Shown: positions 1 through 13,400 of the stretch, one piece after another | Numbering within the stretch: the first letter of the stretch is position 1 | Layout: each line of letters begins with the position of its first letter | Source of the DNA: Auanema rhodensis | Taxonomy: Eukaryota > Animalia > Nematoda | Direction of reading: 5' to 3' | Length of the DNA stretch: 64,000 bases | Assembly (NCBI GenBank): GCA_964057225.1 | Contig: OZ059900.1 | Span: 2,728,001-2,792,000, forward strand | Position numbers and translations under genes: made by a program | Notes under the pieces: generated by a model | Database searches by the model: none | Told to the model about the DNA's origin: nothing | The model's input: only the letters and a program-made list of their open reading frames with translations

Positions 1-348
1 CCGATTTTTGGTACAAAATCTGTGATACTCGTAAATTTTGATCATATTCGTTAAGATTCGAGAATCAAACACACAATACACGAAATAAGTCTATTTTTAT
101 GAGTTTGCACTGATATTTATTCATTTTGATCAAAAAAGGTCGAAAATAGAAAGAATTTTTGAATTTTCCGAGTTTTGAGTCTAATTTGGCTAAATCGCTC
201 ATATATATGATCAGAAGCATAGTTTTATTGTCTATGATAACAAAAGTCTTCAAATATACACTAATAATGTGTAAATCACTGAATTTCACTCAAATAGCTT
301 TACTACACTAAGTATGGTCGTTTTTATGCCTTTAACACCATATACTCA
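1..348. repeat. Representative satellite monomer (348 bp, ~29% GC, 9 CpG, 3 TGATCA sites, many A/T tracts)
   Basis: The unit runs from CCGATTTTTG at 1 to ...ATATACTCA at 348, and the next unit starts at 349. A hand count gives 100 G+C in 348 bp. TGATCA is at 39, 127 and 208. Confidence 0.97.
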
Positions 349-3300
349 CCGATTTTTGGTACAAAATCTGTAATACTTGTAAATTTTGATCATATTTGTT
401 AAGATTCGAGAATCAAACACATAATACACGAAATAAGTCTCTTTTTATGAGTTTGCACTGATATTTATTCATTTTGATCAAAAAAGGTCGAAAATAGAAA
501 GAATTTTTGAATTTTCCGAGTTTTGAGTCCAATTGGGCTAAATCGCTTATATATATGATCAAAAGCATAGTTTTACTGTCTATGATAACAAAAGTCTTCA
601 AATATACACTAATAATGTGTAAATCACTGAATTTCACTCAAATAGCTTTACTACACTAAGTATGGTCGTTTTTATGCCTTTAACACCATATACTCACCGA
701 TTTTTGGTACAAAATCTGTAATACTCGTAAATTTTGATCATATTCGTTAAGATTTGAGAATCAAACATACAATACACAAAATCAGTCTATTTTTATGAGC
801 TTGCACTGATATATATTCATTTTGATCAAAAAAGGTCGAAAATAGAAAGAATTTTTGAAATTTCCGAGTTTTGAGTCTAATTTGGCTAAATCGCTCATAT
901 ATATGATCAGAAGCATAGTTTTATTGTCTATGACAACAAAAATCATCAATTAAACGCTAGTGATGTTTAAATACTAATTTTCGCTCAAATAGCATTACTA
1001 CACTAAGTATGGTCGTTTTTATGCCTTTAACACCATATACTCACCGATTTTTGGTACAAAATCTGTAATACTTGTAAATTTTGATCATATTCGTTAAGAT
1101 TCGAGAATCAAACACATAATACACGAAATAAGTCTATTTTTACAAGTTTGCACTGATATTTATTCATTTTGATCAAAAAAGATCGAAAATAGAAAGAATT
1201 TTTGAAATTTCCGAGTTTTGAGTCCAATTTGGCTAAATCGCTCATATATATGATCAAAAGCATAGTTTTATTGTCTATAACAACAAAAGTCATCAATTAA
1301 ACGCTAGTGATGTTTTAATACTGAATTTCGCCCAAATAGCATTACTACACTAAGTATGGTCGTTTTTATGCCTTTAACACCATATACTCACCGATTTTTG
1401 GTACAAAATCTGTGATACTCGTAAATTTTGATCATATTCGGTGAGATTCGAGAATCAAACACACAATACACGAAATAAGTTTATTTTGACGAGTTTGCAC
1501 TGATATTTATTCATTTTGATCAAAAAAGGTCGAAAATAGAAAGATTTTTTGAAATTTCCGAGTTTTGAGTCTAATTTGGCTAAATCGCTCATATATATGA
1601 TCAGAAGCATAGATGTATTGTCTATGACAACAAAAGTCATTAATTGAACACTAATGATGTTTAAATCACTGAATTTCGCTCAAATAGCATTACTACACTA
1701 AGGATGGTCGTTTTTATGCCTTTAACACCATATACTCACCGATTTTTGGTACAAAATCTGTGATACTCGTAAATTTTGATCATATTCGTTAAGATTCGAG
1801 AATCAAACACACAATACACGGAATAAGTTCATTTTTACAAGTTTGCACTGATATTTATTCATTTTGATCAAAAAAGGTCGAAAATAGAAAGAATTTTTGA
1901 AATTTACGAGTTTTGAGTCTAATTTGGCTAAATCGCTCATATATATGATCAGAAGCATAGTTTTATTGTCTATGACAACAAAAGTCATTAATTAAACACT
2001 AATGATGTTTAAATCACTAAATTTCGCTCAAATAGCATTACTACACTAAGTATGGTCGTTTTTATGCCTTTAACACCATATACTCACCGATTTTTGGTAC
2101 AAAATCTGTAATACTTGTAAATTTTGATCATCTTCGTTAAGATTCGAGAATCAAACACAAAATACACGAAATAAGTCTATTTTTATGAGTTTGCACTGAT
2201 ATTTATTCATTTAGATCAAAAAAGGTCGAAAATAGAAAGAATTTTTGAATTTTCCGAGTTTTGAGTCCAATTGGGCTAAATCGCTCATATATATGATCAA
2301 AAGCATAGTTTTACTGTCTATGATAACAAAAGTCTTCAAATATACACTAATAATGTGTAAATCACTGAATTTCACTCAAATAGCTTTACTACACTAAGTA
2401 TGGTCGTTTTTATGCCTTTAACACCATATACTCACCGATTTTTGGTACAAAATCTGTAATACTCGTAAATTTTGATCATATTCGTTAAGATTTGAGAATC
2501 AAACATACAATACACAAAATCAGTCTATTTTTATGAGCTTGCACTGATATATATTCATTTTGATCAAAAAAGGTCGAAAATAGAAAGAATTTTTGAAATT
2601 TCCGAGTTTTGAGTCTAATTTGGCTAAATCGCTCATATATATGATCAGAAGCATAGTTTTATTGTCTATGACAACAAAAATCATCAATTAAACGCTAGTG
2701 ATGTTTAAATACTAATTTTCGCTCAAATAGCATTACTACACTAAGTATGGTCGTTTTTATGCCTTTAACACCATATACTCACCGATTTTTGGTACAAAAT
2801 CTGTAATACTTGTAAATTTTGATCATATTCGTTAAGATTCGAGAATCAAACACATAATACACGAAATAAGTCTATTTTTACAAGTTTGCACTGATATTTA
2901 TTCATTTTGATCAAAAAAGATCGAAAATAGAAAGAATTTTTGAAATTTCCGAGTTTTGAGTCCAATTTGGCTAAATCGCTCATATATATGATCAAAAGCA
3001 TAGTTTTATTGTCTATAACAACAAAAGTCATCAATTAAACGCTAGTGATGTTTTAATACTGAATTTCGCCCAAATAGCATTACTACACTAAGTATGGTCG
3101 TTTTTATGCCTTTAACACCATATACTCACCGATTTTTGGTACAAAATCTGTGATACTCGTAAATTTTGATCATATTCGGTGAGATTCGAGAATCAAACAC
3201 ACAATACACGAAATAAGTTTATTTTGACGAGTTTGCACTGATATTTATTCATTTTGATCAAAAAAGGTCGAAAATAGAAAGATTTTTTGAAATTTCCGAG

Positions 3301-6300
3301 TTTTGAGTCTAATTTGGCTAAATCGCTCATATATATGATCAGAAGCATAGATGTATTGTCTATGACAACAAAAGTCATTAATTGAACACTAATGATGTTT
3401 AAATCACTGAATTTCGCTCAAATAGCATTACTACACTAAGGATGGTCGTTTTTATGCCTTTAACACCATATACTCACCGATTTTTGGTACAAAATCTGTG
3501 ATACTCGTAAATTTTGATCATATTCGTTAAGATTCGAGAATCAAACACACAATACACGGAATAAGTTCATTTTTACAAGTTTGCACTGATATTTATTCAT
3601 TTTGATCAAAAAAGGTCGAAAATAGAAAGAATTTTTGAAATTTACGAGTTTTGAGTCTAATTTGGCTAAATCGCTCATATATATGATCAGAAGCATAGTT
3701 TTATTGTCTATGACAACAAAAGTCATTAATTAAACACTAATGATGTTTAAATCACTAAATTTCGCTCAAATAGCATTACTACACTAAGTATGGTCGTTTT
3801 TATGCCTTTAACACCATATACTCACCGATTTTTGGTACAAAATCTGTAATACTTGTAAATTTTGATCATCTTCGTTAAGATTCGAGAATCAAACACAAAA
3901 TACACGAAATAAGTCTATTTTTATGAGTTTGCACTGATATTTATTCATTTTGATCAAAAAAGGTCGAAAATAGAAAGAATTTTTGAATTTTCCGAGTTTT
4001 GAGTCCAATTGGGCTAAATCGCTCATATATATGATCAAAAGCATAGTTTTACTGTCTATGATAACAAAAGTCTTCAAATATACACTAATAATGTGTAAAT
4101 CACTGAATTTCACTCAAATAGCTTTACTACACTAAGTATGGTCGTTTTTATGCCTTTAACACCATATACTCACCGATTTTTGGTACAAAATCTGTAATAC
4201 TCGTAAATTTTGATCATATTCGTTAAGATTTGAGAATCAAACATACAATACACAAAATCAGTCTATTTTTATGAGCTTGCACTGATATATATTCATTTTG
4301 ATCAAAAAAGGTCGAAAATAGAAAGAATTTTTGAAATTTCCGAGTTTTGAGTCTAATTTGGCTAAATCGCTCATATATATGATCAGAAGCATAGTTTTAT
4401 TGTCTATGACAACAAAAATCATCAATTAAACGCTAGTGATGTTTAAATACTAATTTTCGCTCAAATAGCATTACTACACTAAGTATGGTCGTTTTTATGC
4501 CTTTAACACCATATACTCACCGATTTTTGGTACAAAATCTGTAATACTTGTAAATTTTGATCATATTCGTTAAGATTCGAGAATCAAACACATAATACAC
4601 GAAATAAGTCTATTTTTACAAGTTTGCACTGATATTTATTCATTTTGATCAAAAAAGATCGAAAATAGAAAGAATTTTTGAAATTTCCGAGTTTTGAGTC
4701 CAATTTGGCTAAATCGCTCATATATATGATCAAAAGCATAGTTTTATTGTCTATAACAACAAAAGTCATCAATTAAACGCTAGTGATGTTTTAATACTGA
4801 ATTTCGCTCAAATAGCATTACTACACTAAGTATGGTCGTTTTTATGCCTTTAACACCATATACTCACCGATTTTTGGTACAAAATCTGTGATACTCGTAA
4901 ATTTTGATCATATTCGGTGAGATTCGAGAATCAAACACACAATACACGAAATAAGTTTATTTTGACGAGTTTGCACTGATATTTATTCATTTTGATCAAA
5001 AAAGGTCGAAAATAGAAAGATTTTTTGAAATTTCCGAGTTTTGAGTCTAATTTGGCTAAATCGCTCATATATATGATCAGAAGCATAGATGTATTGTCTA
5101 TGACAACAAAAGTCATTAATTGAACACTAATGATGTTTAAATCACTGAATTTCGCTCAAATAGCATTACTACACTAAGGATGGTCGTTTTTATGCCTTTA
5201 ACACCATATACTCACCGATTTTTGGTACAAAATCTGTGATACTCGTAAATTTTGATCATATTCGTTAAGATTCGAGAATCAAACACACAATACACGGAAT
5301 AAGTTCATTTTTACAAGTTTGCACTGATATTTATTCATTTTGATCAAAAAAGGTCGAAAATAGAAAGAATTTTTGAAATTTACGAGTTTTGAGTCTAATT
5401 TGGCTAAATCGCTCATATATATGATCAGAAGCATAGTTTTATTGTCTATGACAACAAAAGTCATTAATTAAACACTAATGATGTTTAAATCACTAAATTT
5501 CGCTCAAATAGCATTACTACACTAAGTATGGTCGTTTTTATGCCTTTAACACCATATACTCACCGATTTTTGGTACAAAATCTGTAATACTTGTAAATTT
5601 TGATCATCTTCGTTAAGATTCGAGAATCAAACACAAAATACACGAAATAAGTCTATTTTTATGAGTTTGCACTGATATTTATTCATTTTGATCAAAAAAG
5701 GTCGAAAATAGAAAGAATTTTTGAATTTTCCGAGTTTTGAGTCCAATTGGGCTAAATCGCTCATATATATGATCAAAAGCATAGTTTTACTGTCTATGAT
5801 AACAAAAGTCTTCAAATATACACTAATAATGTGTAAATCACTGAATTTCACTCAAATAGCTTTACTACACTAAGTATGGTCGTTTTTATGCCTTTAACAC
5901 CATATACTCACCGATTTTTGGTACAAAATCTGTAATACTCGTAAATTTTGATCATATTCGTTAAGATTTGAGAATCAAACATACAATACACAAAATCAGT
6001 CTATTTTTATGAGCTTGCACTGATATATATTCATTTTGATCAAAAAAGGTCGAAAATAGAAAGAATTTTTGAAATTTCCGAGTTTTGAGTCTAATTTGGC
6101 TAAATCGCTCATATATATGATCAGAAGCATAGTTTTATTGTCTATGACAACAAAAATCATCAATTAAACGCTAGTGATGTTTAAATACTGATTTTTTCTC
6201 AAATAGCATTACTACACTAAGTATGGTCGTTTTTATGCCTTTAACATCATATACTCACCGATTTTTGGTACAAAATCTGTAATACTTGTAAATTTTGATC

Positions 6301-6604
6301 ATATTCGTTAAGATTCGAGAATCAAACATATAATACACGAAATAAGTCTATTTTTACAAGTTTGCACTGATATTTATTCATTTTGATCAAAAAAGATCGA
6401 AAATAGAAAGAATTTTTGAAATTTCCGAGTTTTGAGTCCAATTTGGCTAAATCGCTCATATATATGATCAAAAGCATAGTTTTATTGTCTATAACAACAA
6501 AAGTCATCAATTAAACGCTAGTGATGTTTTAATACTGAATTTCGCTCAAATAGCATTACTACACTAAGTATGGTCGTTTTTATGCCTTTAACACCATATA
6601 CTCA
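349..6604. repeat. 5-monomer higher-order repeat, period 1738 bp, ~3.6 copies (domain I)
   Basis: Same-variant ORF stops at 1108/2846/4584/6322, 1455/3193/4931, 1803/3541/5279 and 3889/5627 are all 1738 bp apart. The markers AAAAAAGATCGA, CATAGATGTATTG and TAAGGATGG recur every fifth monomer. Confidence 0.95.
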
Positions 6605-7646
6605 CCGATTTTTGGTACAAAATCTGTAATACTCGTAAATTTTGATCATATTCGTTAAGATTTGAGAATCAAACATACAATACACAAAATCAGTCTATTT
6701 TTATGAGCTTGCACTGATATATATTCATTTTGATCAAAAAAGGTCGAAAATAGAAAGAATTTTTGAATTTTCCGAGTTTTGAGTCCAATTGGGCTAAATC
6801 GCTCATATATATGATCAAAAGCATAGTTTTACTGTCTATGATAACAAAAGTCTTCAAATATACACTAATAATGTGTAAATCACTGAATTTCACTCAAATA
6901 GCTTTACTACACTAAGTATGGTCGTTTTTATGCCTTTAACACCATATACTCACCGATTTTTGGTACAAAATCTGTAATACTCGTAAATTTTGATCATATT
7001 CGTTAAGATTTGAGAATCAAACATACAATACACAAAATCAGTCTATTTTTATGAGCTTGCACTGATATATATTCATTTTGATCAAAAAAGGTCGAAAATA
7101 GAAAGAATTTTTGAAATTTCCGAGTTTTGAGTCTAATTTGGCTAAATCGCTCATATATATGATCAGAAGCATAGTTTTATTGTCTATGACAACAAAAATC
7201 ATCAATTAAACGCTAGTGATGTTTAAATACTGATTTTTGCTCAAATAGCATTACTACACTAAGTATGGTCGTTTTTATGCCTTTAACACCATATACTCAC
7301 CGATTTTTGGTACAAAATCTGTAATACTTGTAAATTTTGATCATATTCGTTAAGATTCGAGAATCAAACATATAATACACGAAATAAGTCTATTTTTACA
7401 AGTTTGCACTGATATTTATTCATTTTGATCAAAAAAGATCGAAAATAGAAAGAATTTTTGAAATTTCCGAGTTTTGAGTCCAATTTGGCTAAATCGCTCA
7501 TATATATGATCAAAAGCATAGTTTTATTGTCTATAACAACAAAAGTCATCAATTAAACGCTAGTGATGTTTTAATACTGAATTTCGCTCAAATAGCATTA
7601 CTACACTAAGTATGGTCGTTTTTATGCCTTTAACACCATATACTCA
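5911..7646. repeat. 3-monomer local duplication, period 1042 bp, joined by a chimeric monomer at 6605
   Basis: The AAACATATAAT variant monomer starts at 6258 and 7300 (ORFs 6322/7364). The monomers at 5911 and 6953 are of the same type. Confidence 0.85.
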
Positions 7647-10426
7647 CCGATTTTTGGTACAAAATCTGTGATACTCGTAAATTTTGATCATATTCGGTGA
7701 GATTCGAGAATCAAACACACAGTACACGAAATAAGTTTATTTTGACGAGTTTGCACTGATATTTATTCATTTTGATCAAAAAAGGTCGAAAATAGAAAGA
7801 TTTTTTGAAATTTCCGAGTTTTGAGTCTAATTTGGCTAAATCGCTCATATATATGATCAGAAGCATAGATGTATTGTCTATGACAACAAAAGTCATCAAT
7901 TAAACGCTAGTGATGTTTAAATACTGAATTTCGCTCAAATAGCATTACTACACTAAGGATGGTCGTTTTTATGCCTTTAACACCATATACTCACCGATTT
8001 TTGGTACAAAATCTGTGATACTCGTAAATTTTGATCATATTCGTTAAGATTCAAGAATCAAACACACAATACACGAAATAAGTTCATTTTTACAAGTTTG
8101 CACTGATATTTATTCATTTTGATCAAAAAAGGTCGAAAATAGAAAGAATTTTTGAAATTTACGAGTTTTGAGTCTAATTTGGCTAAATCGCTCATATATA
8201 TGATCAGAAGCATAGTTTTATTGTCTATGACAACAAAAGTCATTAATTACACACTAATGATGTTTAAATACTGATTTTCGCTCAAATAGCATTACTACAC
8301 TAAGTATGGTCGTTTTTATACCTTCAACACCATATACTCACCGATTTTTGGTACAAAATCTGTGATACTCGTAAACTTTGATCATATTCGTTAAGATTCG
8401 AGAATCAAACACACAATACACGAAATGAGTTTATTTTCACGAGTTTGCACTGATATTTATTCATTTTGATCAAAAAAGGTCGAAAATAGAAAGAATTTTT
8501 GAATTTTCCGAGTTTTGAGTCCAATTGGGCTAAATCGCTCATATATATGATCAAAAGCATAGTTTTACTGTCTATGATAACAAAAGTCTTCAAATATACA
8601 CTAGTAATGATTAAATCACTGATTTTCACTCAAATAGCATTACTACACTAAGTATGGTCGTTTTTATGCCTTTAACACCATATACTCACCGATTTTTGGT
8701 ACAAAATCTGTAATACTCGTAAATTTTGATCATATTCGTTAAGATTTGAAAATCAAACACATAATACACGAAATAAGTCTATTTTTATGAGTTTGCACTG
8801 ATATTTATTCATTTTGATCGAAAAAGGTCGAAAATAGAAAGAATTTTTGAAATTTCCGAGTTTTGAGTCTAATTTGGCTAAATCGCTCATATATATGATC
8901 AGAAGCATAGTTTTATTGTCTATGACAACAAAAATCATCAATTAAACGCTAGTGATGTTTAAATACTGATTTTCGCTCAAATAGCATTACTACACTAAGT
9001 ATGGTCGTTTTTATGCCTTTAACACCATATACTCACCGATTTTTGGTACAAAATCTGTAAAACTCGTAAATTTTGATCATATTCGTTAAGATTTGAGAAT
9101 CAAACATACAATACACAAAATCAGTCTATTTTTATGAGCTTGCACTGATATATATTCATTTTGATCAAAAAAGGTCGAAAATAGAAAGAATTTTTGAAAT
9201 TTCCGAGTTTTGAGTCTAATTTGGCTAAATCGCTCATATATATGATCAAAAGCATAGTTTTACTGTCTATGATAACAAAAGTCTTCAAATATACACTAAT
9301 AATGATTAAATCACTGAATTTCAGTCAAATAGCATTACTACACTAAGTATGGTCGTTTTTATGCCTTTAACACCATATACTCACCGATTTGTGGTACAAA
9401 ATCTGTGATACTCGTAAATTTTGATCATATTCGGTGAGATTCGAGGATCGAACACACAATACACGAAATAAGTTTATTTTTACGAGTTTGCACTGATATT
9501 TATTCATTTTTTTCAAAAAAGGTCGAAAATAGAAAGAATTTTTGAAATTTCCGAGTTTTGAGTCTAATTTGGCTAAATCGCTCATATATATGATCAAAAG
9601 CATAGTTTTACTGTCTATGATAACAAAAGTCTTCAAATATACACTAATAATGTGTAAATCACTGAATTTCACTCAAATAGCTTTACTACACTAAGTATGG
9701 TCGTTTTTATGCCTTTAACACCATATACTCACCGATTTTTGGTACAAAATCTGTAATACTCGTAAATTTTGATCATATTCGTTAAGATTTGAGAATCAAA
9801 CATACAATACACAAAATCAGTCTATTTTTATAAGCTTGCACTGATATATATTCATTTTGATCAAAAAAGGTCGAAAATAGAAAGAATTTTTGAAATTTCC
9901 GAGTTTTGAGTCTAATTTGGCTAAATCGCTCATATACATGATCAGAAGCATAGTTTCATTGTCTATGACAACAAAAGTCATCAATTAAACGCTAGTGATG
10001 TTTAAATACTGATTTTCGCTCAAATAGCATTACTACACTAAGTATGGTCGTTTTTATGCCTTTAACACCATATACTCACCGATTTTTGGTACAAAATCTG
10101 TAATACTCGTAAATTTTGATCATATTCGTTAAGATTTGAAAATCAAACACACAATAAACAAAATCAGTCTATTTTTATGAGTTTGCACTGATATATATTC
10201 ATTTTGATCAAAAAAGGTCGAAAATAGAAAGAATTTTTGAAATTTCCGAGTTTTGAGTCTAATTTGGCTAAATCGCTCATATATATGATCAAAAGCATAG
10301 TTTTACTGTCTATGATAACAAAAGTCTTCAAATATACACTAATAATGATTAAATCACTGAATTTCACTCAAATAGCATTACTACACTAAGTATGGTCGTT
10401 TTTATGCCTTTAACACCATATACTCA

Positions 10427-13400
10427 CCGATTTTTGGTACAAAATCTGTGATACTCGTAAATTTTGATCATATTCGGTGAGATTCGAGAATCAAACACAC
10501 AATACACGAAATAAGTTTATTTTTACGAGTTTGCACTGATATTTATTCATTTTGATCAAAAAAGGTCGAAAATAGAAAGAATTTTTGAAATTTCCGAGTT
10601 TTGAGTCTAATTTGGCTAAATCGCTCATATATATGATCAAAAGCATAGTTTTATTGTCTATGACAACAAAAGTCATCAATTAAACGCTAGTGATGTTTAA
10701 ATACTGAATTTCGCTCAAATAGCATTACTACACTAAGTATGGTCGTTTTTATGACTTTAACACCATATACTCACCGATTTTTGGTACAAAATCTGTAATA
10801 CTCGTAAATTTTGATCATATTCGTTAAGATTTGAGAATCAAACATACAATACACAAAATCAGTCTATTTTTATGAGCTTGCACTGATATATATTCATTTT
10901 GATCAAAAAAGGTCGAAAATAGAAAGAATTTTTGAAATTTACGAGTTTTGAGTCTAATTTGGCTAAATCGCTCATATATATGATCAGAAGCATAGTTTTA
11001 TTGTCTATGACAACAAAAGTCATTAGTTAAACACTAATGATGTTTAAATCACTAAATTTCGCTCAAATAGCATTACTACACTAAGTATGGTCGTTTTTAT
11101 GCCTTTAACACCATATACTCACCGATTTTTGGTACAAAATCTGTAATACTTGTAAATTTTGATCATATTTGTTAAGATTCGAGAATCAAACACATAATAC
11201 ACGAAATAAGTCTATTTTTATGAGTTTGCACTGATATTTATTCATTTTGATCAAAAAAGGTCGAAAATAGAAAGAATTTTTGAATTTTCCGAGTTTTGAG
11301 TCCAATTGGGCTAAATCGCTCATATATATGATCAAAAGCATAGTTTTACTGTCTATGATAACAAAAGTCTTCAAATATACACTAATAATGATTTAATCAC
11401 TGAATTTCACTCAAATAGCATTACTACACTAAGTATGGTCCTTTTTTATGCCTTTAACACCATATACTCACCGATTTTTGGTACAAAATCTGTAATACTC
11501 GTAAATTTTGATCATATTCGTTAAGATTTGAGAATCAAACATACAATACACAAAATCAGTCTATTTTTATGAGCTTGCACTGATATATATTCATTTTGAT
11601 CAAAAAAGGTCGAAAATAGAAAGAATTTTTGAAATTTCCGAGTTTTGAGTCTAATTTGGCTAAATCGCTCATATATATGATCAAAAGCATAGTTTTACTG
11701 TCTATGATAACAAAAGTCTTCAAATATACACTAATAATGATTAAATCACTGAATTTCAGTCAAATAGCATTACTACACTAAGTATGGTCGTTTTTATGCC
11801 TTTAACACCATATACTCACCGATTTTTGGTACAAAATCTGTAATACTCGTAAATTTTGATCATATTCGTTAAGATTTGAAAATCAAACACACAATAAACA
11901 AAATCAGTCTATTTTTATGAGTTTGCACTGATATATATTCATTTTGATCAAAAAAGGTCGAAAATAGAAAGAATTTTTGAATTTTCCGAGTTTTGAGTCC
12001 AATTGGGCTAAATCGCTCATATATATGATCAAAAGCATAGTTTTACTGTCTATGATAACAAAAGTCTTCAAATATACACTAATAATGATTTAATCACTGA
12101 ATTTCACTCAAATAGCATTACTACACTAAGTATGGTCGTTTTTATGCCTTTAACACCATATACTCACCGATTTTTGGTACAAAATCTGTGATACTCGTAA
12201 ATTTTGATCATATTCGGTGAGATTCGAGGATCGAACACACAATACACGAAATAAGTTTATTTTTACGAGTTTGCACTGATATTTATTCATTTTTATCAAA
12301 AAAGGTCGAAAATAGAAAGAATTTTTGAAATTTCCGAGTTTTGAGTCTAATTTGGCTAAATCGCTCATATATATGATCAAATGCATAGTTTTACTGTCTA
12401 TGATAACAAAAGTCTTCAAATATACACTAATAATGTGTAAATCACTGAATTTCACTCAAATAGCTTTACTACACTAAGTATGGTCGTTTTTATGCCTTTA
12501 ACACCATATACTCACCGATTTTTGGTACAAAATCTGTAATACTCGTAAATTTTGATCATATTCGTTAAGATTTGAGAATCAAACATACAATACACAAAAT
12601 CAGTCTATTTTTATAAGCTTGCACTGATATATATTCATTTTGATCAAAAAAGGTCGAAAATAGAAAGAATTTTTGAAATTTACGAGTTTTGAGTCTAATT
12701 TGGCTAAATCGCTCATATATATGATCAAAAGCATAGTTTTACTGTCTATGATAACAAAAGTCTTCAAATATACACTAATAATGATTTAATCACTGAATTT
12801 CACTCAAATAGCATTACTACACTAAGTATGGTCGTTTTTATGCCTTTAACACCATATACTCACCGATTTTTGGTACAAAATCTGTGATACTCGTAAATTT
12901 TGATCATATTCGGTGAGATTCGAGGATCAAACACACAATACACGAAATAAGTTTATTTTTACGAGTTTGCACTGATATTTATTCATTTTTTTCAAAAAAG
13001 GTCGAAAATAGAAAGAATTTTTGAATTTTCCGAGTTTTGAGTCCAATTGGGCTAAATCGCTCATATATATGATCAAAAGCATAGTTTTACTGTCTATGAT
13101 AACAAAAGTCTTCAAATATACACTAATAATGATTAAATCACTGAATTTCACTCAAATAGCATTACTACACTAAGTATGGTCGTTTTTATGCCTTTAACAC
13201 CATATACTCACCGATTTTTGGTACAAAATCTGTGATACTCGTAAATTTTGATCATATTCGGTGAGATTCGAGAATCAAACACACAATACACGAAATAAGT
13301 TTATTTTTACGAGTTTGCACTGATATTTATTCATTTTGATCAAAAAAGGTCGAAAATAGAAAGAATTTTTGAAATTTCCGAGTTTTGAGTCTAATTTGGC

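Noticed and set aside
47-62. CENP-B-box-like motif TTCGTTAAGATTCGAG
   Set aside because: The canonical core is TTCG-N4-A-N2-CGGG. Here the spacing is one base longer, the end is CGAG, and both CpGs are frequently mutated among monomers.
199-213. TATA-box or promoter call at CATATATATGA, and terminator calls at T-tracts
   Set aside because: Such motifs are expected by chance in 71% AT repeats, and there is no associated gene or transcript evidence.
1-348. 5S rDNA, tRNA or snRNA tandem gene unit
   Set aside because: I see no recognisable 5S, tRNA or snRNA sequence and no Pol III A/B/C boxes, and the unit is uniformly ~29% GC. An Infernal/Rfam scan would confirm.
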